Assembly: GCA_964010525.1 (NCBI GenBank)
Contig: CAXGIM010000003.1
Location: forward strand, 78,368 to 142,367
Source of the DNA: an uncultured bacterium
Lineage (GTDB): Bacteria; Bacteroidota; Bacteroidia; Flavobacteriales; Flavobacteriaceae
DNA length: 64,000 bases
Reading direction: 5' to 3'
Shown: positions 30,589 to 40,608 of the stretch, in pieces
How positions within the stretch are numbered: the stretch's first letter is position 1
How the letters are laid out: every line of letters starts with the position of its first letter
The notes under the pieces: generated by a model
What the model saw: the letters and a program-made list of their open reading frames with translations, nothing else
What the model was told of the DNA's origin: nothing
Database searches by the model: none
Program-made: the position numbers and the translations under genes

Positions 30589-32409
30589 ATGTCGTCACAT
30601 TACGAAGCACCCATAAGAGAGCCGTTGGTAGTTGGAGAGAAAACGTACCACGATATCAGCGTTGATGTTGGAGCTCCTGTTATGGGTAGGGCCAATAAAT
30701 CATGGTGGATTGTATTTTCAATCGCATTGGTCGCATTTTTATGGGGGCTAGGTTGTATCATATATACAGTATCTACGGGTATAGGTGTTTGGGGTCTTAA
30801 CAAGACCATAGGCTGGGCCTGGGATATTACAAACTTTGTTTGGTGGGTAGGTATCGGTCACGCCGGAACACTGATTTCTGCGGTATTGTTGCTCTTCCGT
30901 CAAAAATGGCGTATGGCAATTAACCGTTCCGCGGAAGCGATGACAATATTTGCCGTTGTACAGGCAGGTCTTTTCCCCATCATCCACATGGGTCGCCCGT
31001 GGGTGGGATACTGGGTGTTGCCCATTCCCAACCAGTTTGGTTCTTTGTGGGTAAATTTCAACTCGCCACTGCTGTGGGACGTTTTTGCAATATCAACTTA
31101 TTTATCTGTATCCTTGGTGTTCTGGTACACTGGCTTACTGCCTGACTTTGCCATGTTGCGAGACAGGGCTGTAAAACCTTTTCAGCAAAAAATATATGGC
31201 ATCCTGAGTTTTGGATGGAGTGGCCGTGTCAAGGACTGGCAACGTTTTGAGGAAGTATCCCTCGTGCTTGCAGGTCTTGCTACACCACTTGTACTGTCAG
31301 TACACACCATTGTATCATTTGACTTTGCCACTTCTGTGGTACCGGGATGGCATAGTACGATTTTTCCTCCCTACTTTGTTGCAGGTGCAATCTTCTCTGG
31401 ATTTGCAATGGTGCAAACGCTGCTTATCATAATGCGCAAGGTATCAAACCTAGAGAACTATATCACCGTGCTTCACATAGAGTACATGAACAAGGTAATC
31501 CTGCTTACCGGTGGGATTGTGGGTGTTGCGTACCTTACTGAGTATTTCATAGGGTGGTACTCAGGTTTATCTTATGAAAACTATACTTACCTATCCTTTG
31601 GTGCTGCCACGGGGCCTTACTGGTGGGCTTTCTGGGCATTGATAATCTGTAACCTGGTTGTGCCGCTTACATTATGGGTAAAGAAATTTAGGAGAAATAT
31701 CATCTGGACGTTTATCGTATCGATAATCATCAACATAGGGATGTGGTTTGAACGGTTTGATATTATCGTGCTCGACTTGAGTAAAGACCGTTTGCCATCT
31801 TCATGGACGATGTTTGAGCCTACCTTTGTTGATATAGGTGTATTTGTGGGAACCATAGGATTCTTTTTTGTGCTCTTCCTGCTATATGCACGTACCTTCC
31901 CGGTAATCGCACAAGCAGAGGTCAAGACAATCCTAAAATCTTCGGGAGAAGGATTTAAAAAACTAAGGGCAGAGCATGGCGATGACCATCATATTGAGCA
32001 TGTAGATCTTGATCCTACCGCCAGTGAGCCATCAGCAAATGTCAAGGGACACTATTTTACCTCAGACAAAGAAGTTGATACAGGTCTAGATGAAGATGGG
32101 CATAATGAATCAGTCAATGCAGATGCATTAATCAGTAGCGAAGCTCAAAAAGAACAAGTAGATGACCTGCTGGAACGCATAGGTACATTTGACCCTGCAA
32201 CCCAAGAAGCTGATGACCTTACCAAAATAAGTGGGGTAGGTCCCGTGATGCAGCAAAAATTGCATCAACTGGGTATATATACCTTTGAGCAGGTGAGCAA
32301 AATGACTTCAACAGATTATGAATTGCTTGACGAGATTATAGATGCTTTCCCAGGTAGGGCAGAGCGCGACGATTGGGCTGGACAAGCAGCAAAACTTAGA
32401 AACAATTAA
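30589..32409 (+). CDS. actC: Alternative complex III ActC (NrfD/PsrC quinol-binding subunit) with C-terminal extension
   Basis: WAWDITNFVWWVGIGHAGTLISA and HMGRPW NrfD motifs, plus an extra acidic/HhH-like tail. Confidence 0.93.
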   Translation: MSSHYEAPIREPLVVGEKTYHDISVDVGAPVMGRANKSWWIVFSIALVAFLWGLGCIIYTVSTGIGVWGLNKTIGWAWDITNFVWWVGIGHAGTLISAVLLLFRQKWRMAINRSAEAMTIFAVVQAGLFPIIHMGRPWVGYWVLPIPNQFGSLWVNFNSPLLWDVFAISTYLSVSLVFWYTGLLPDFAMLRDRAVKPFQQKIYGILSFGWSGRVKDWQRFEEVSLVLAGLATPLVLSVHTIVSFDFATSVVPGWHSTIFPPYFVAGAIFSGFAMVQTLLIIMRKVSNLENYITVLHIEYMNKVILLTGGIVGVAYLTEYFIGWYSGLSYENYTYLSFGAATGPYWWAFWALIICNLVVPLTLWVKKFRRNIIWTFIVSIIINIGMWFERFDIIVLDLSKDRLPSSWTMFEPTFVDIGVFVGTIGFFFVLFLLYARTFPVIAQAEVKTILKSSGEGFKKLRAEHGDDHHIEHVDLDPTASEPSANVKGHYFTSDKEVDTGLDEDGHNESVNADALISSEAQKEQVDDLLERIGTFDPATQEADDLTKISGVGPVMQQKLHQLGIYTFEQVSKMTSTDYELLDEIIDAFPGRAERDDWAGQAAKLRNN

Positions 32410-32416
32410 TAGTAGT

Positions 32417-32956
32417 ATGGCATCTTCAAAAGTTATACACGCGATTTATACAGATGACGACATTCTCATGAATGCCGTTAAACAAGTACGCGCGAAGAAT
32501 TATCATATTAGCGAGGTATTTACACCATTTCCCGTACACGGTCTTGACAAGGCCATAGGCCTGTCGCCCACGCGTATCGCGATATGCGCATTCATGTATG
32601 GTCTAACCGGTTTAACCGTGGCCGTACTGATGCTCAACTACATGATGATTGTAGATTGGCCACGCGATATAGGTGGAAAGCCCAGCTTTTCATTTCATCA
32701 AAACATGCCGGCTTTTATCCCCATCATGTTTGAGCTTACCGTATTCTTTGCAGCACACTTAATGGTGATAACCTTTTACATGCGCAGCAAGATATGGCCT
32801 TTTAAAAAAGCTGAAAACCCAGATCCACGCACGACTGATGACCATTTCTTGATGGAGATCGAGGTGGGTCACAATGAAGATATTGACGCCATGTCAAAAT
32901 TCCTGTACGATACCGGTGCTGCAGAATTAAGTTTAATCCATAATGAAGAACACTAA
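32417..32956 (+). CDS. actD: Alternative complex III ActD (DUF3341)
   Basis: EVFTPFPVHGLDKA and FELTVFFAAH motifs. ATG at 32417 lies just after the actC stop. Confidence 0.9.
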   Translation: MASSKVIHAIYTDDDILMNAVKQVRAKNYHISEVFTPFPVHGLDKAIGLSPTRIAICAFMYGLTGLTVAVLMLNYMMIVDWPRDIGGKPSFSFHQNMPAFIPIMFELTVFFAAHLMVITFYMRSKIWPFKKAENPDPRTTDDHFLMEIEVGHNEDIDAMSKFLYDTGAAELSLIHNEEH

Positions 32957-33649
32957 ATGATGAAGTATTTGGTAAAAATAGCATTCTTGTTTGCCATTGC
33001 TGCAATTGCGGTTTCCTGCCACGAGAAGGGCAAGCCTAACTTTCAGTACATGCCCAATATGTATGAGCCTGTACCTTATGAGACAAACGGCCGCTATGAT
33101 GTGTTCCCTAATGGGATGGAGGCAATGCAGCCGGCCGAGGGTACCGTGAAGCGAGGATGGATGCCCTATGAATATGAAAACTCAACAGAGGGGTACGCTT
33201 CCGCGAAAGCGAACCTTAAAAACCCGCTCCCATATACGGAGGATAATTATAATAAGGGCAAGGCATTGTTCACGATTTACTGTGCCGTATGCCATGGTGA
33301 CAAAGGTGATGGACAGGGCATTCTTGCCGAGCGCGAAAAAGTACTGGGTGTACCCGCATACAATGATGCCGGAAGGGCCATTACCGAAGGTAGTGTGTAC
33401 CATGTAACCTATTATGGCCTCAACACCATGGGTTCTTATGCAACACAGACTACCGAAAAGGAACTGTGGCAGATCAATCACTATGTCATGAGCCTCAAGG
33501 ATCAACTGGATGGTAAGCCAGAGCGTCCATTTGTGGGCCAGGATGAAAGCGACATGCAAGGAGGAGATACTGCCATGAGCGCAGAAACCGAAGACGGAGC
33601 TGAAGCTGAAAACATGAGTGCAGCACCCCATGCACAAACTGAAGAATAA
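32957..33649 (+). CDS. actE: Alternative complex III ActE monoheme cytochrome c lipoprotein
   Basis: Lipobox AVSC, YMPNMY motif and CAVCH heme site. Confidence 0.9.
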   Translation: MMKYLVKIAFLFAIAAIAVSCHEKGKPNFQYMPNMYEPVPYETNGRYDVFPNGMEAMQPAEGTVKRGWMPYEYENSTEGYASAKANLKNPLPYTEDNYNKGKALFTIYCAVCHGDKGDGQGILAEREKVLGVPAYNDAGRAITEGSVYHVTYYGLNTMGSYATQTTEKELWQINHYVMSLKDQLDGKPERPFVGQDESDMQGGDTAMSAETEDGAEAENMSAAPHAQTEE

Positions 33650-33672
33650 TAAAGTCAGGATATTTTATACTT

Positions 33673-35049
33673 ATGTACACGTTATCTAGCAAATTCAAAC
33701 TGTTTTCCATAATACTAATGGTATTGGGCTTGGCTGGCCTGGCTTATGGTTTTTTCTCCACACCATCTACAGTTGAAGATGTAAAGGAATACCTGGCCGC
33801 TCAAGAAGTTCATGGTAGCCATGGAGATGAGGCAGAAGCAGAAGATCACGGCTCAACCTTTGTAGATGAGGTAAGGGGCGAAGAAGGATATTCTGAAGCT
33901 GCAATGGAACACTCACAAGATCATGGTGAAGGTGGGCATCACGGTGAAGAAGAGCACCTTAACCACGTGCTCCATCAATTGCAGGCCAAACCTTGGTCAG
34001 CAATATTTGTCTCGGCCTTTTTCTTTATGATGATCGCACTGGGGGCTTTGGTCTTCTATGCAATTCAATATGTATCATCTGCAGGATGGTCGCCTGTACT
34101 TTTCAGGGTAATAGAGGGTATTACCGCCTACCTGTTGCCAGGGTCTATCATAGTACTGTTGATCGTTATTTTTGCCGGAACGCACTTTTACCCATGGCAG
34201 GACCATGAACTTGTTGCCGACGACAAGATATTACAGGGCAAGGCAGGATACCTTAACTTCCCCTTTTTCTTGATAAGGGCATTGATTTATGTAGCGGGAT
34301 GGAACTTCTATAGGTATTTTGCAAGAAAGAATTCATTGCTTATAGAAAAGCAGAATGGTGATCTTATCCCATTCAATAAAAACTTTAAGGCCTCAGTATT
34401 TTTCTTGGTATTTTTCCTGCTTACAGAGGCTACTATGGCGTGGGACTGGTTCATGTCAATGACGCCACACTGGTATAGCACCTTATTTGCATGGTATATT
34501 TTTGCCACCATGTTTGTAAGTGCCATCACCGTTATCGCACTAGTTACCATATTCTTTAAGGCTAAGGGGCTGTTGAGCTTTGTTAACGATAGTCACCTGC
34601 ATGACCTTGCCAAGTTTATGTTTGCGTTCAGTATTTTCTGGACCTACTTATGGTTTGCACAGTTCATGCTCATATGGTATGCTAACATCCCTGAAGAAGT
34701 CACCTATTTCATATTGCGTATCAAGGAGTACAACCTGTTGTTCTTTGGTATGCTGGTGCTCAACTTCGTGTTCCCTATACTTGTGTTGATGAACAGTGAT
34801 TTCAAGAGGGTGCCATGGTTTGTGGTGATTGCAGGTTGCCTTATCCTTGTAGGGCATTATGTAGATGTTTTCCTTCTTGTTATGCCATCTACAGTGGGGC
34901 CACACTGGTCCTTTGGCGTGACAGAGATTGCTGGTATAGCTTTCTTCCTGGGCTTGTTCATATTTGTTGTAGGAAGTGGTTTTGCCGGGGTTTCGCTAAG
35001 GCCAAAAGGAAATCCGTTTATACGTGAAAGTGAGAATTATCATTATTAA
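33673..35049 (+). CDS. actF: Alternative complex III ActF membrane subunit
   Basis: Polytopic membrane protein with WDWFMSMTPHWYSTLF and WYANIPEE motifs; last act gene. Confidence 0.9.
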   Translation: MYTLSSKFKLFSIILMVLGLAGLAYGFFSTPSTVEDVKEYLAAQEVHGSHGDEAEAEDHGSTFVDEVRGEEGYSEAAMEHSQDHGEGGHHGEEEHLNHVLHQLQAKPWSAIFVSAFFFMMIALGALVFYAIQYVSSAGWSPVLFRVIEGITAYLLPGSIIVLLIVIFAGTHFYPWQDHELVADDKILQGKAGYLNFPFFLIRALIYVAGWNFYRYFARKNSLLIEKQNGDLIPFNKNFKASVFFLVFFLLTEATMAWDWFMSMTPHWYSTLFAWYIFATMFVSAITVIALVTIFFKAKGLLSFVNDSHLHDLAKFMFAFSIFWTYLWFAQFMLIWYANIPEEVTYFILRIKEYNLLFFGMLVLNFVFPILVLMNSDFKRVPWFVVIAGCLILVGHYVDVFLLVMPSTVGPHWSFGVTEIAGIAFFLGLFIFVVGSGFAGVSLRPKGNPFIRESENYHY

Positions 35050-35076
35050 TAGAGAAAGAAAAGAAAGAAGATAAAG

Positions 35077-36150
35077 ATGACCGTTTTTTTAGTACTTATC
35101 GTAATTATTCTTTTTGCTGTTGCAATCTTGCAAATGAGCAAGATATATAAGTTGTCTAAGGGCAGTGCGACAGTTGAGGATGGTGAAGTTGCCACCGGAA
35201 AGGATAACCGCATCAATGCAAAATTGTTCTTGATGTTCATGGTCTTCCTATATTTCTTAATGATATACTGTTTTTGGCATTATTCTAAGTTTTACCTGCC
35301 GGAAGCTTCTTCCGCTCACGGCGGAAAATATGACACCCTGATGTTTGTGTCCATAGGCCTTATCATGGTGGTACAGGTGATCACACAGTTCCTGTTGCAC
35401 TATTTTGCCTATAAGTATAAAGGTGAAAAAGGGAAGAAAGCACTTTTTTATGCTGATAATGACAAACTGGAATTTATCTGGACAATCATCCCAGTAATAG
35501 TTCTTGCAGGCCTTATCATCTATGGACTATTTACATGGTCAGACATCATGAATTTTGATGAAAATGAAGATGCCATGGTAGTTGAGCTCTATGCACAACG
35601 CTTCAACTGGAGGGCGCGTTATTCTGGTGATGATAATATCCTGGGCAACGCTAACGTGCGTTTTGTAGACGGGCCTAATGTGGTGGGTATTGATGCATCA
35701 GATGATGATGGGCAGGATGATATCGTCACCCAGGAGCTACATTTACCGGTAGGTAGGCAAGTTATCTTTAAGCTTAGGTCACAAGATGTGCTTCACTCTG
35801 CATATATGCCACACTTCAGGGCGCAGATGAATGTTGTGCCGGGCATGATAACTCAATTCTCCTTTACTCCCACCGTTACCACCGAAGAAATAAGGGAAAC
35901 GGATTATATGCAGGAGAAAATGAGGAGGATACAGAAGATAAGAAAAGAGAAGAGCAAGGAACTCGTGGCCGCAGGTGATGTTGCACTTGATGATTATGAT
36001 GAATTTGACTATTATCTATTGTGTAACAAGATTTGTGGTGCCAGCCACTACAACATGCAGATGAAGATTGTAGTAGAGACTGAAGAAGAGTTTAATGAAT
36101 GGCTGGCTACCCAGCAGACTTTCGGCGACAGCATGAAAGCTGAGCAATAA
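35077..36150 (+). CDS. ctaC: Cytochrome c oxidase subunit II
   Basis: LEFIWTIIP, DVLHS and CuA motif CNKICGASHYNM. Confidence 0.93.
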   Translation: MTVFLVLIVIILFAVAILQMSKIYKLSKGSATVEDGEVATGKDNRINAKLFLMFMVFLYFLMIYCFWHYSKFYLPEASSAHGGKYDTLMFVSIGLIMVVQVITQFLLHYFAYKYKGEKGKKALFYADNDKLEFIWTIIPVIVLAGLIIYGLFTWSDIMNFDENEDAMVVELYAQRFNWRARYSGDDNILGNANVRFVDGPNVVGIDASDDDGQDDIVTQELHLPVGRQVIFKLRSQDVLHSAYMPHFRAQMNVVPGMITQFSFTPTVTTEEIRETDYMQEKMRRIQKIRKEKSKELVAAGDVALDDYDEFDYYLLCNKICGASHYNMQMKIVVETEEEFNEWLATQQTFGDSMKAEQ

Positions 36151-36180
36151 AAAATTGAAAATAAAGAATTAAAGCAGATT

Positions 36181-38010
36181 ATGGCAGCACACGCACCAGC
36201 TATCGATCACGCACATGATGATCACGGAGATCACCATCATCATAAGCAGACGTTTATAACCACCTACATTTTTAGTACAGATCATAAAATGATCTCAAAA
36301 CAGTATTTGATTACTGGTTTGATCATGGGTATTATAGGTATTGCAATGTCCTTGCTATTCAGGATGCAACTGGCATGGCCAGATCATAAGTTCACTATAT
36401 TTGAAGTTCTTCTTGGTAAATGGGGAGAGAACGGGGTGATGGACCCCAGTATCTATCTAGCTCTTGTTACCATACATGGTACCATAATGGTGTTCTTTGT
36501 ACTTACCGCGGGATTGAGTGGTACGTTCAGTAACCTGCTTATTCCGTTGCAAATAGGTGCCCGTGATATGGCATCGGGATTTTTGAACATGGTTTCTTAC
36601 TGGTTGTTCTTTATCTCTTCTGTTGTGATGGTATGCTCATTATTTGTAGAATCTGGGCCTGCTGCAGCGGGATGGACAATTTATCCTCCGTTAAGTGCTT
36701 TGCCTAATTCCATCTCAGCTTCTGGTATGGGTATGACGTTATGGTTGGTTTCACTGGCCATATTCATCGCCTCATCGTTATTGGGTTCGCTTAACTATAT
36801 AGTGACGGTTATTAATTTGAGGACCGTGGGTATGTCAATGACACGTTTGCCATTGACCATCTGGGCCTTCTTTGTAACTGCTATCATCGGGGTGGTTTCT
36901 TTTCCTGTACTTCTTTCAGCTGCTTTGTTGCTTATCATGGATAGAAGTTTTGGCACGTCATTTTTCTTATCAGATATTTATATAGGTGGAGAGGTGCTTC
37001 CACATAGTGGGGGGTCTCCCGTATTGTTTGAGCACTTGTTCTGGTTCTTGGGCCACCCAGAAGTGTACATCGTGCTTCTACCCGCGCTGGGTATAACGTC
37101 AGAAGTTATTGCGACAAATTCGCGTAAGCCCATTTTTGGTTACCGGGCGATGGTGGCATCTATACTTGCAATTGCATTTTTATCTACAATTGTATGGGGT
37201 CACCACATGTTTGTGTCTGGTATGAATCCTTTCTTGGGGTCTGTATTTACATTTACAACATTATTGATTGCGATACCATCAGCGGTAAAGGCATTCAACT
37301 ATATTACAACATTATGGAAGGGTAACCTCCAGCTCAATCCTGGTATGTTATTTTCAATAGGCCTTGTATCTACATTCATCACGGGTGGTCTTACCGGGAT
37401 TATCCTAGGGGACAGCACCCTTGATATCAATGTACATGATACATATTTTGTTGTGGCACACTTCCACCTGGTTATGGGTATCTCAGCACTTTATGGACTG
37501 TTTGCCGGTGTGTATCACTGGTTCCCAAAAATGTTCCAGGGCAGGATGATGAACAAGAATCTTGGTTATGTACACTTCTGGGTAACGGCAATAGGTGCTT
37601 ATGCGGTATTCTTCCCCATGCACTTTATAGGTATGGCGGGTCTGCCACGTAGGTATTACACTAATACGGCTTTCCCATATTTTGATGACCTGGCTGATGT
37701 GAACATGATGATTACCGTGGCTGCCCTTATAACCGGTGCCGTTCAATTGGTTTTCCTTTACAACTTTGTTCATTCTATCTTCTACGGAAAGAAAGGGCCT
37801 AAAAACCCATGGAAATCCAACACACTCGAGTGGACCACAGAGCACAAACATATTCACGGTAACTGGGAAGGTGCAATACCTCACGTGTACCGCTGGGCTT
37901 ATGACTATAGCAAGCTCAATGAAGATGAGACTGACTATGTGATTCCTGGTCAGGATTTCATTCCTCAAAACGTTCCGCTACAGGATAATGAGGAAGAGCT
38001 CAATCACTAA
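36181..38010 (+). CDS. ctaD: Cytochrome c oxidase subunit I (A1-type heme-copper oxidase)
   Basis: DHK, HGTIM, GWTIYPP, GHPEVY, WGHHM and VVAHFHLV motifs. Confidence 0.97.
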   Translation: MAAHAPAIDHAHDDHGDHHHHKQTFITTYIFSTDHKMISKQYLITGLIMGIIGIAMSLLFRMQLAWPDHKFTIFEVLLGKWGENGVMDPSIYLALVTIHGTIMVFFVLTAGLSGTFSNLLIPLQIGARDMASGFLNMVSYWLFFISSVVMVCSLFVESGPAAAGWTIYPPLSALPNSISASGMGMTLWLVSLAIFIASSLLGSLNYIVTVINLRTVGMSMTRLPLTIWAFFVTAIIGVVSFPVLLSAALLLIMDRSFGTSFFLSDIYIGGEVLPHSGGSPVLFEHLFWFLGHPEVYIVLLPALGITSEVIATNSRKPIFGYRAMVASILAIAFLSTIVWGHHMFVSGMNPFLGSVFTFTTLLIAIPSAVKAFNYITTLWKGNLQLNPGMLFSIGLVSTFITGGLTGIILGDSTLDINVHDTYFVVAHFHLVMGISALYGLFAGVYHWFPKMFQGRMMNKNLGYVHFWVTAIGAYAVFFPMHFIGMAGLPRRYYTNTAFPYFDDLADVNMMITVAALITGAVQLVFLYNFVHSIFYGKKGPKNPWKSNTLEWTTEHKHIHGNWEGAIPHVYRWAYDYSKLNEDETDYVIPGQDFIPQNVPLQDNEEELNH

Positions 38011-38028
38011 GCAATACGATATAAAATG

Positions 38029-38061
38029 AAAAAGCCCCCATCATCTTGGGGGCTTTTTTTT
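38029..38061. terminator. Bidirectional intrinsic terminator
   Basis: AAAAAGCCCCCA-TCATCT-TGGGGGCTTTTT between convergent genes. Confidence 0.85.
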
Positions 38062-38075
38062 GGCTTTAAGCCAAA
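38059..38075. repeat. Mini-hairpin motif copy (TTTGGCT-TTA-AGCCAAA)
   Basis: Overlaps the end of the terminator T-tract. Confidence 0.65.
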
Positions 38076-38077
38076 TA

Positions 38078-38494
38078 TTAAAAATTTTCAGGAAAGTGTT
38101 CTTGCATCAATTGCATGAGGTACTCAGCAGTCAATGGTTTGTTGTGAAAATGGTTTATCCTCCTGTCACTTGTTGCCCTTGACCTGTCGTCATCGTTCTG
38201 CGAGGTGGTGAGCATGGTGACCACGATGCCACACAACTGGTCATTGTCAAGGTTTGCATATGCCTCTAGAAACTCCCAGCCGTTCATGCCCGGCATGTTG
38301 ATGTCGAGAAACAAGAGTTCTGGCGCGGGATATTTTTCGCCATCCAGGGTCTTGAGGTATTCCAGGGCTTCCTCGGCAGATAATTTTATGACTATATTTT
38401 CAGCCACATTACATTTTTTAATGATGCGGGCATGGTAAAAATTGTCTGACTCAGAGTCATCTACCAGTAATATCTTATTGAGTTTTTTCTTCAT
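38078..38494 (-). CDS. Single-domain response regulator (Rcp1-like)
   Basis: ILLVDDS...LFLDINMPGMNGWEFL...TTS...KPLT receiver motifs. Confidence 0.92.
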   Translation of the reverse strand: MKKKLNKILLVDDSESDNFYHARIIKKCNVAENIVIKLSAEEALEYLKTLDGEKYPAPELLFLDINMPGMNGWEFLEAYANLDNDQLCGIVVTMLTTSQNDDDRSRATSDRRINHFHNKPLTAEYLMQLMQEHFPENF

Positions 38495-39917
38495 GATCTG
38501 TGCTTTTTGGAAAATGCATTATAAATGTGGAGCCTTTTCCTTTTGTTGATTCCACGTAGATTTCACCGTGATGAAGATCCATTATTTTTTTGCAAAATGC
38601 AAGGCCTATTCCCTGGCCAGGATAGACCGAATCACTGTGCAGCCTGTTGAACATATTAAAAATCTTGTCATGAAATGCCTCATCGATCCCTATCCCGTTG
38701 TCGCTTATCTTTATGATGATATCGTCTTCACCATCCTCAGCGGTTATGTTGATATGAGGCGTGACATCGTTGTCAACAAACTTGATTGCATTTGCAATAA
38801 TGTTGCTCAAAAGCCTTTTTATTTCAAAAAAATACCCCTTGAAGGTAGGGAGGTCTCCCGTGGTAAGCACCACTTTTCTTTCCTGGATGCGAACGTCAAA
38901 ATCTTCTCGTATTTCATTGATGACAACGTTGAGGTCAACATCGGTCAACTCTCCAGACCGGCCTATACGGCTATATTGCAACAAGCCATTGATCAAGTTG
39001 CGCATCCTGATGACGGCACCGTCAATAAACCTGAAAAATTGTGGGGCATCCCCTGTACTTAATTCTTCTTCATAATCTTCCTTAAAGAGCGTGATGTAGT
39101 TTTCTACCGTTCTAAAGGGTTCTTGCAGGTCATGTGAAGCGATGTAGGCAAAATGATCCAGTTCCCTGTTTTTGTTTACCAGTTGCTTGATGAGGTTATC
39201 ATTGATGCGTTCCTGTTTTTTTCTCAGGTTTATTTCCTTGTTCTTTTCTATAACAAGGCCCTTTAGCCTGTCATTTGCATCTTCAAGTTTGGTTAAAAAG
39301 GGTTTTAGCTTTCGCCGAAAGGTAAACAACAATAAAAGCGTGAGCACTATGGAAAATGCCAACAGGAAGAGCAGGGCATAATAGTAATATTCATAGGTGT
39401 CTTCATTGTCCCGCATTGCTTTGCGCTCTGCATTGACCATCCTGTTGATTACCACCTCGATCTTGTTCATGAGGCCCAGGCCCACATCTGTGTTCAGTTG
39501 GTTAAATGCTTTTTGTTGCTGGCCGCTATTGTAGAGATTGATGATTTCGTTCATCTCTTCCAGCTTAAGGCGCGAGAGGGAGTCCAGCTGACGTATGTTT
39601 TCTTGCTGGTCAACATCCTCAAGAGTCTTGGTCTTGACCCTTGCCAGGCGGGTTTTAAAAAAGGTAACCCCGTTTTTATAGGGTACTAGATAAGCACTGT
39701 CGCCGCTTATCAAATACCCACGTTGACCGCGTTCAGTATCTTTTAATATTGAGAAAACCTCGATGATGTCACTTTCTACTTCAAGGGTATGTGCAAGGTT
39801 TGATTTTGAATCGTTGGCTATAATGATGAATACCACCCCCAGTAAGGTGATTACAGAGAGCACGCTAAATATCTTGATTACCTGGTTGAGGATGGGGCCA
39901 CCTACGCGTTGAGCCAT
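38475..39917 (-). CDS. CHASE3-domain sensor histidine kinase
   Basis: TM-CHASE3 (DTERGQRGYLISGDSAYLVPY)-TM, H-box ASHDLQEP, then N, G1 and G2 boxes. Confidence 0.93.
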   Translation of the reverse strand: MAQRVGGPILNQVIKIFSVLSVITLLGVVFIIIANDSKSNLAHTLEVESDIIEVFSILKDTERGQRGYLISGDSAYLVPYKNGVTFFKTRLARVKTKTLEDVDQQENIRQLDSLSRLKLEEMNEIINLYNSGQQQKAFNQLNTDVGLGLMNKIEVVINRMVNAERKAMRDNEDTYEYYYYALLFLLAFSIVLTLLLLFTFRRKLKPFLTKLEDANDRLKGLVIEKNKEINLRKKQERINDNLIKQLVNKNRELDHFAYIASHDLQEPFRTVENYITLFKEDYEEELSTGDAPQFFRFIDGAVIRMRNLINGLLQYSRIGRSGELTDVDLNVVINEIREDFDVRIQERKVVLTTGDLPTFKGYFFEIKRLLSNIIANAIKFVDNDVTPHINITAEDGEDDIIIKISDNGIGIDEAFHDKIFNMFNRLHSDSVYPGQGIGLAFCKKIMDLHHGEIYVESTKGKGSTFIMHFPKSTDHEEKTQ

Positions 39918-40471
39918 TATTCGTCAATATTGAGCAATCCGCTAAAGTTTTTCTTCAGCTCTTGCAAAAGTGATAGTTCTTTTGAAGATTCTTTAAGGTC
40001 ATATTGCCGTAAAAAGGAGGCCATCTCCTTGAGCGAAGCTTCCCTTTTCCTGTTCCTTTCCAGTTTTTCAAAAGTATCTTTCTTTTCGGTCAATATACGC
40101 TGGCATAGCGGGATGAGCTTTTCGGGCAGGTCCTGGAAGTTTTCTTTGCTAAAAAATGCGACCGCGCCCTGCATGAGCAGCCTGGCCACTTTTTCTTCGC
40201 TTCCCAGCTTCCCAGATATTATGATAATGGGTATTTCCCTATCGATGCTTTTTACTATTTCAATAACATCCTCAGCGGTAAAGCCCGTGAGGTTGTAATC
40301 ACTTATGATAAAATCTGGTATAAAGGTCTTAAGTGCGTTTTGAAGAGATAATATCGAGTCAGAAAAACGCACTTCTGGGTTTTGGGAAACCTTCTTTAGC
40401 ATACGCTGAAAAAGAAAGGTGTCTGAAACAAGGTCTTCTACAACCAGAAAATTCAAGGACTGTTCAATCAT
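39917..40471 (-). CDS. Response regulator (receiver + short coiled-coil tail)
   Basis: FLVVED...DFIISDYNL...IIISG receiver motifs. ATG at 40471 preferred; the stop overlaps the HK start. Confidence 0.85.
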   Translation of the reverse strand: MIEQSLNFLVVEDLVSDTFLFQRMLKKVSQNPEVRFSDSILSLQNALKTFIPDFIISDYNLTGFTAEDVIEIVKSIDREIPIIIISGKLGSEEKVARLLMQGAVAFFSKENFQDLPEKLIPLCQRILTEKKDTFEKLERNRKREASLKEMASFLRQYDLKESSKELSLLQELKKNFSGLLNIDE

Positions 40472-40596
40472 GGGGTTCAATTAATTGCATCAAGTATGAA
40501 AATGTGGTTTTAAATTTAAACGATTTAAGGTTAGCACCCTAAAATTTTTAAACAGTGTTAACCCTGTACATCCTAAAACATATCATAACCACTTTG

Positions 40597-40604
40597 TATA
40601 TTTG
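40597..40604 (+). promoter_or_regulatory. -7 promoter element directly upstream of ruvB
   Basis: TATATTTG, ending 4 nt before the ATG at 40609. Confidence 0.55.
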
Positions 40605-40608
40605 GTAA

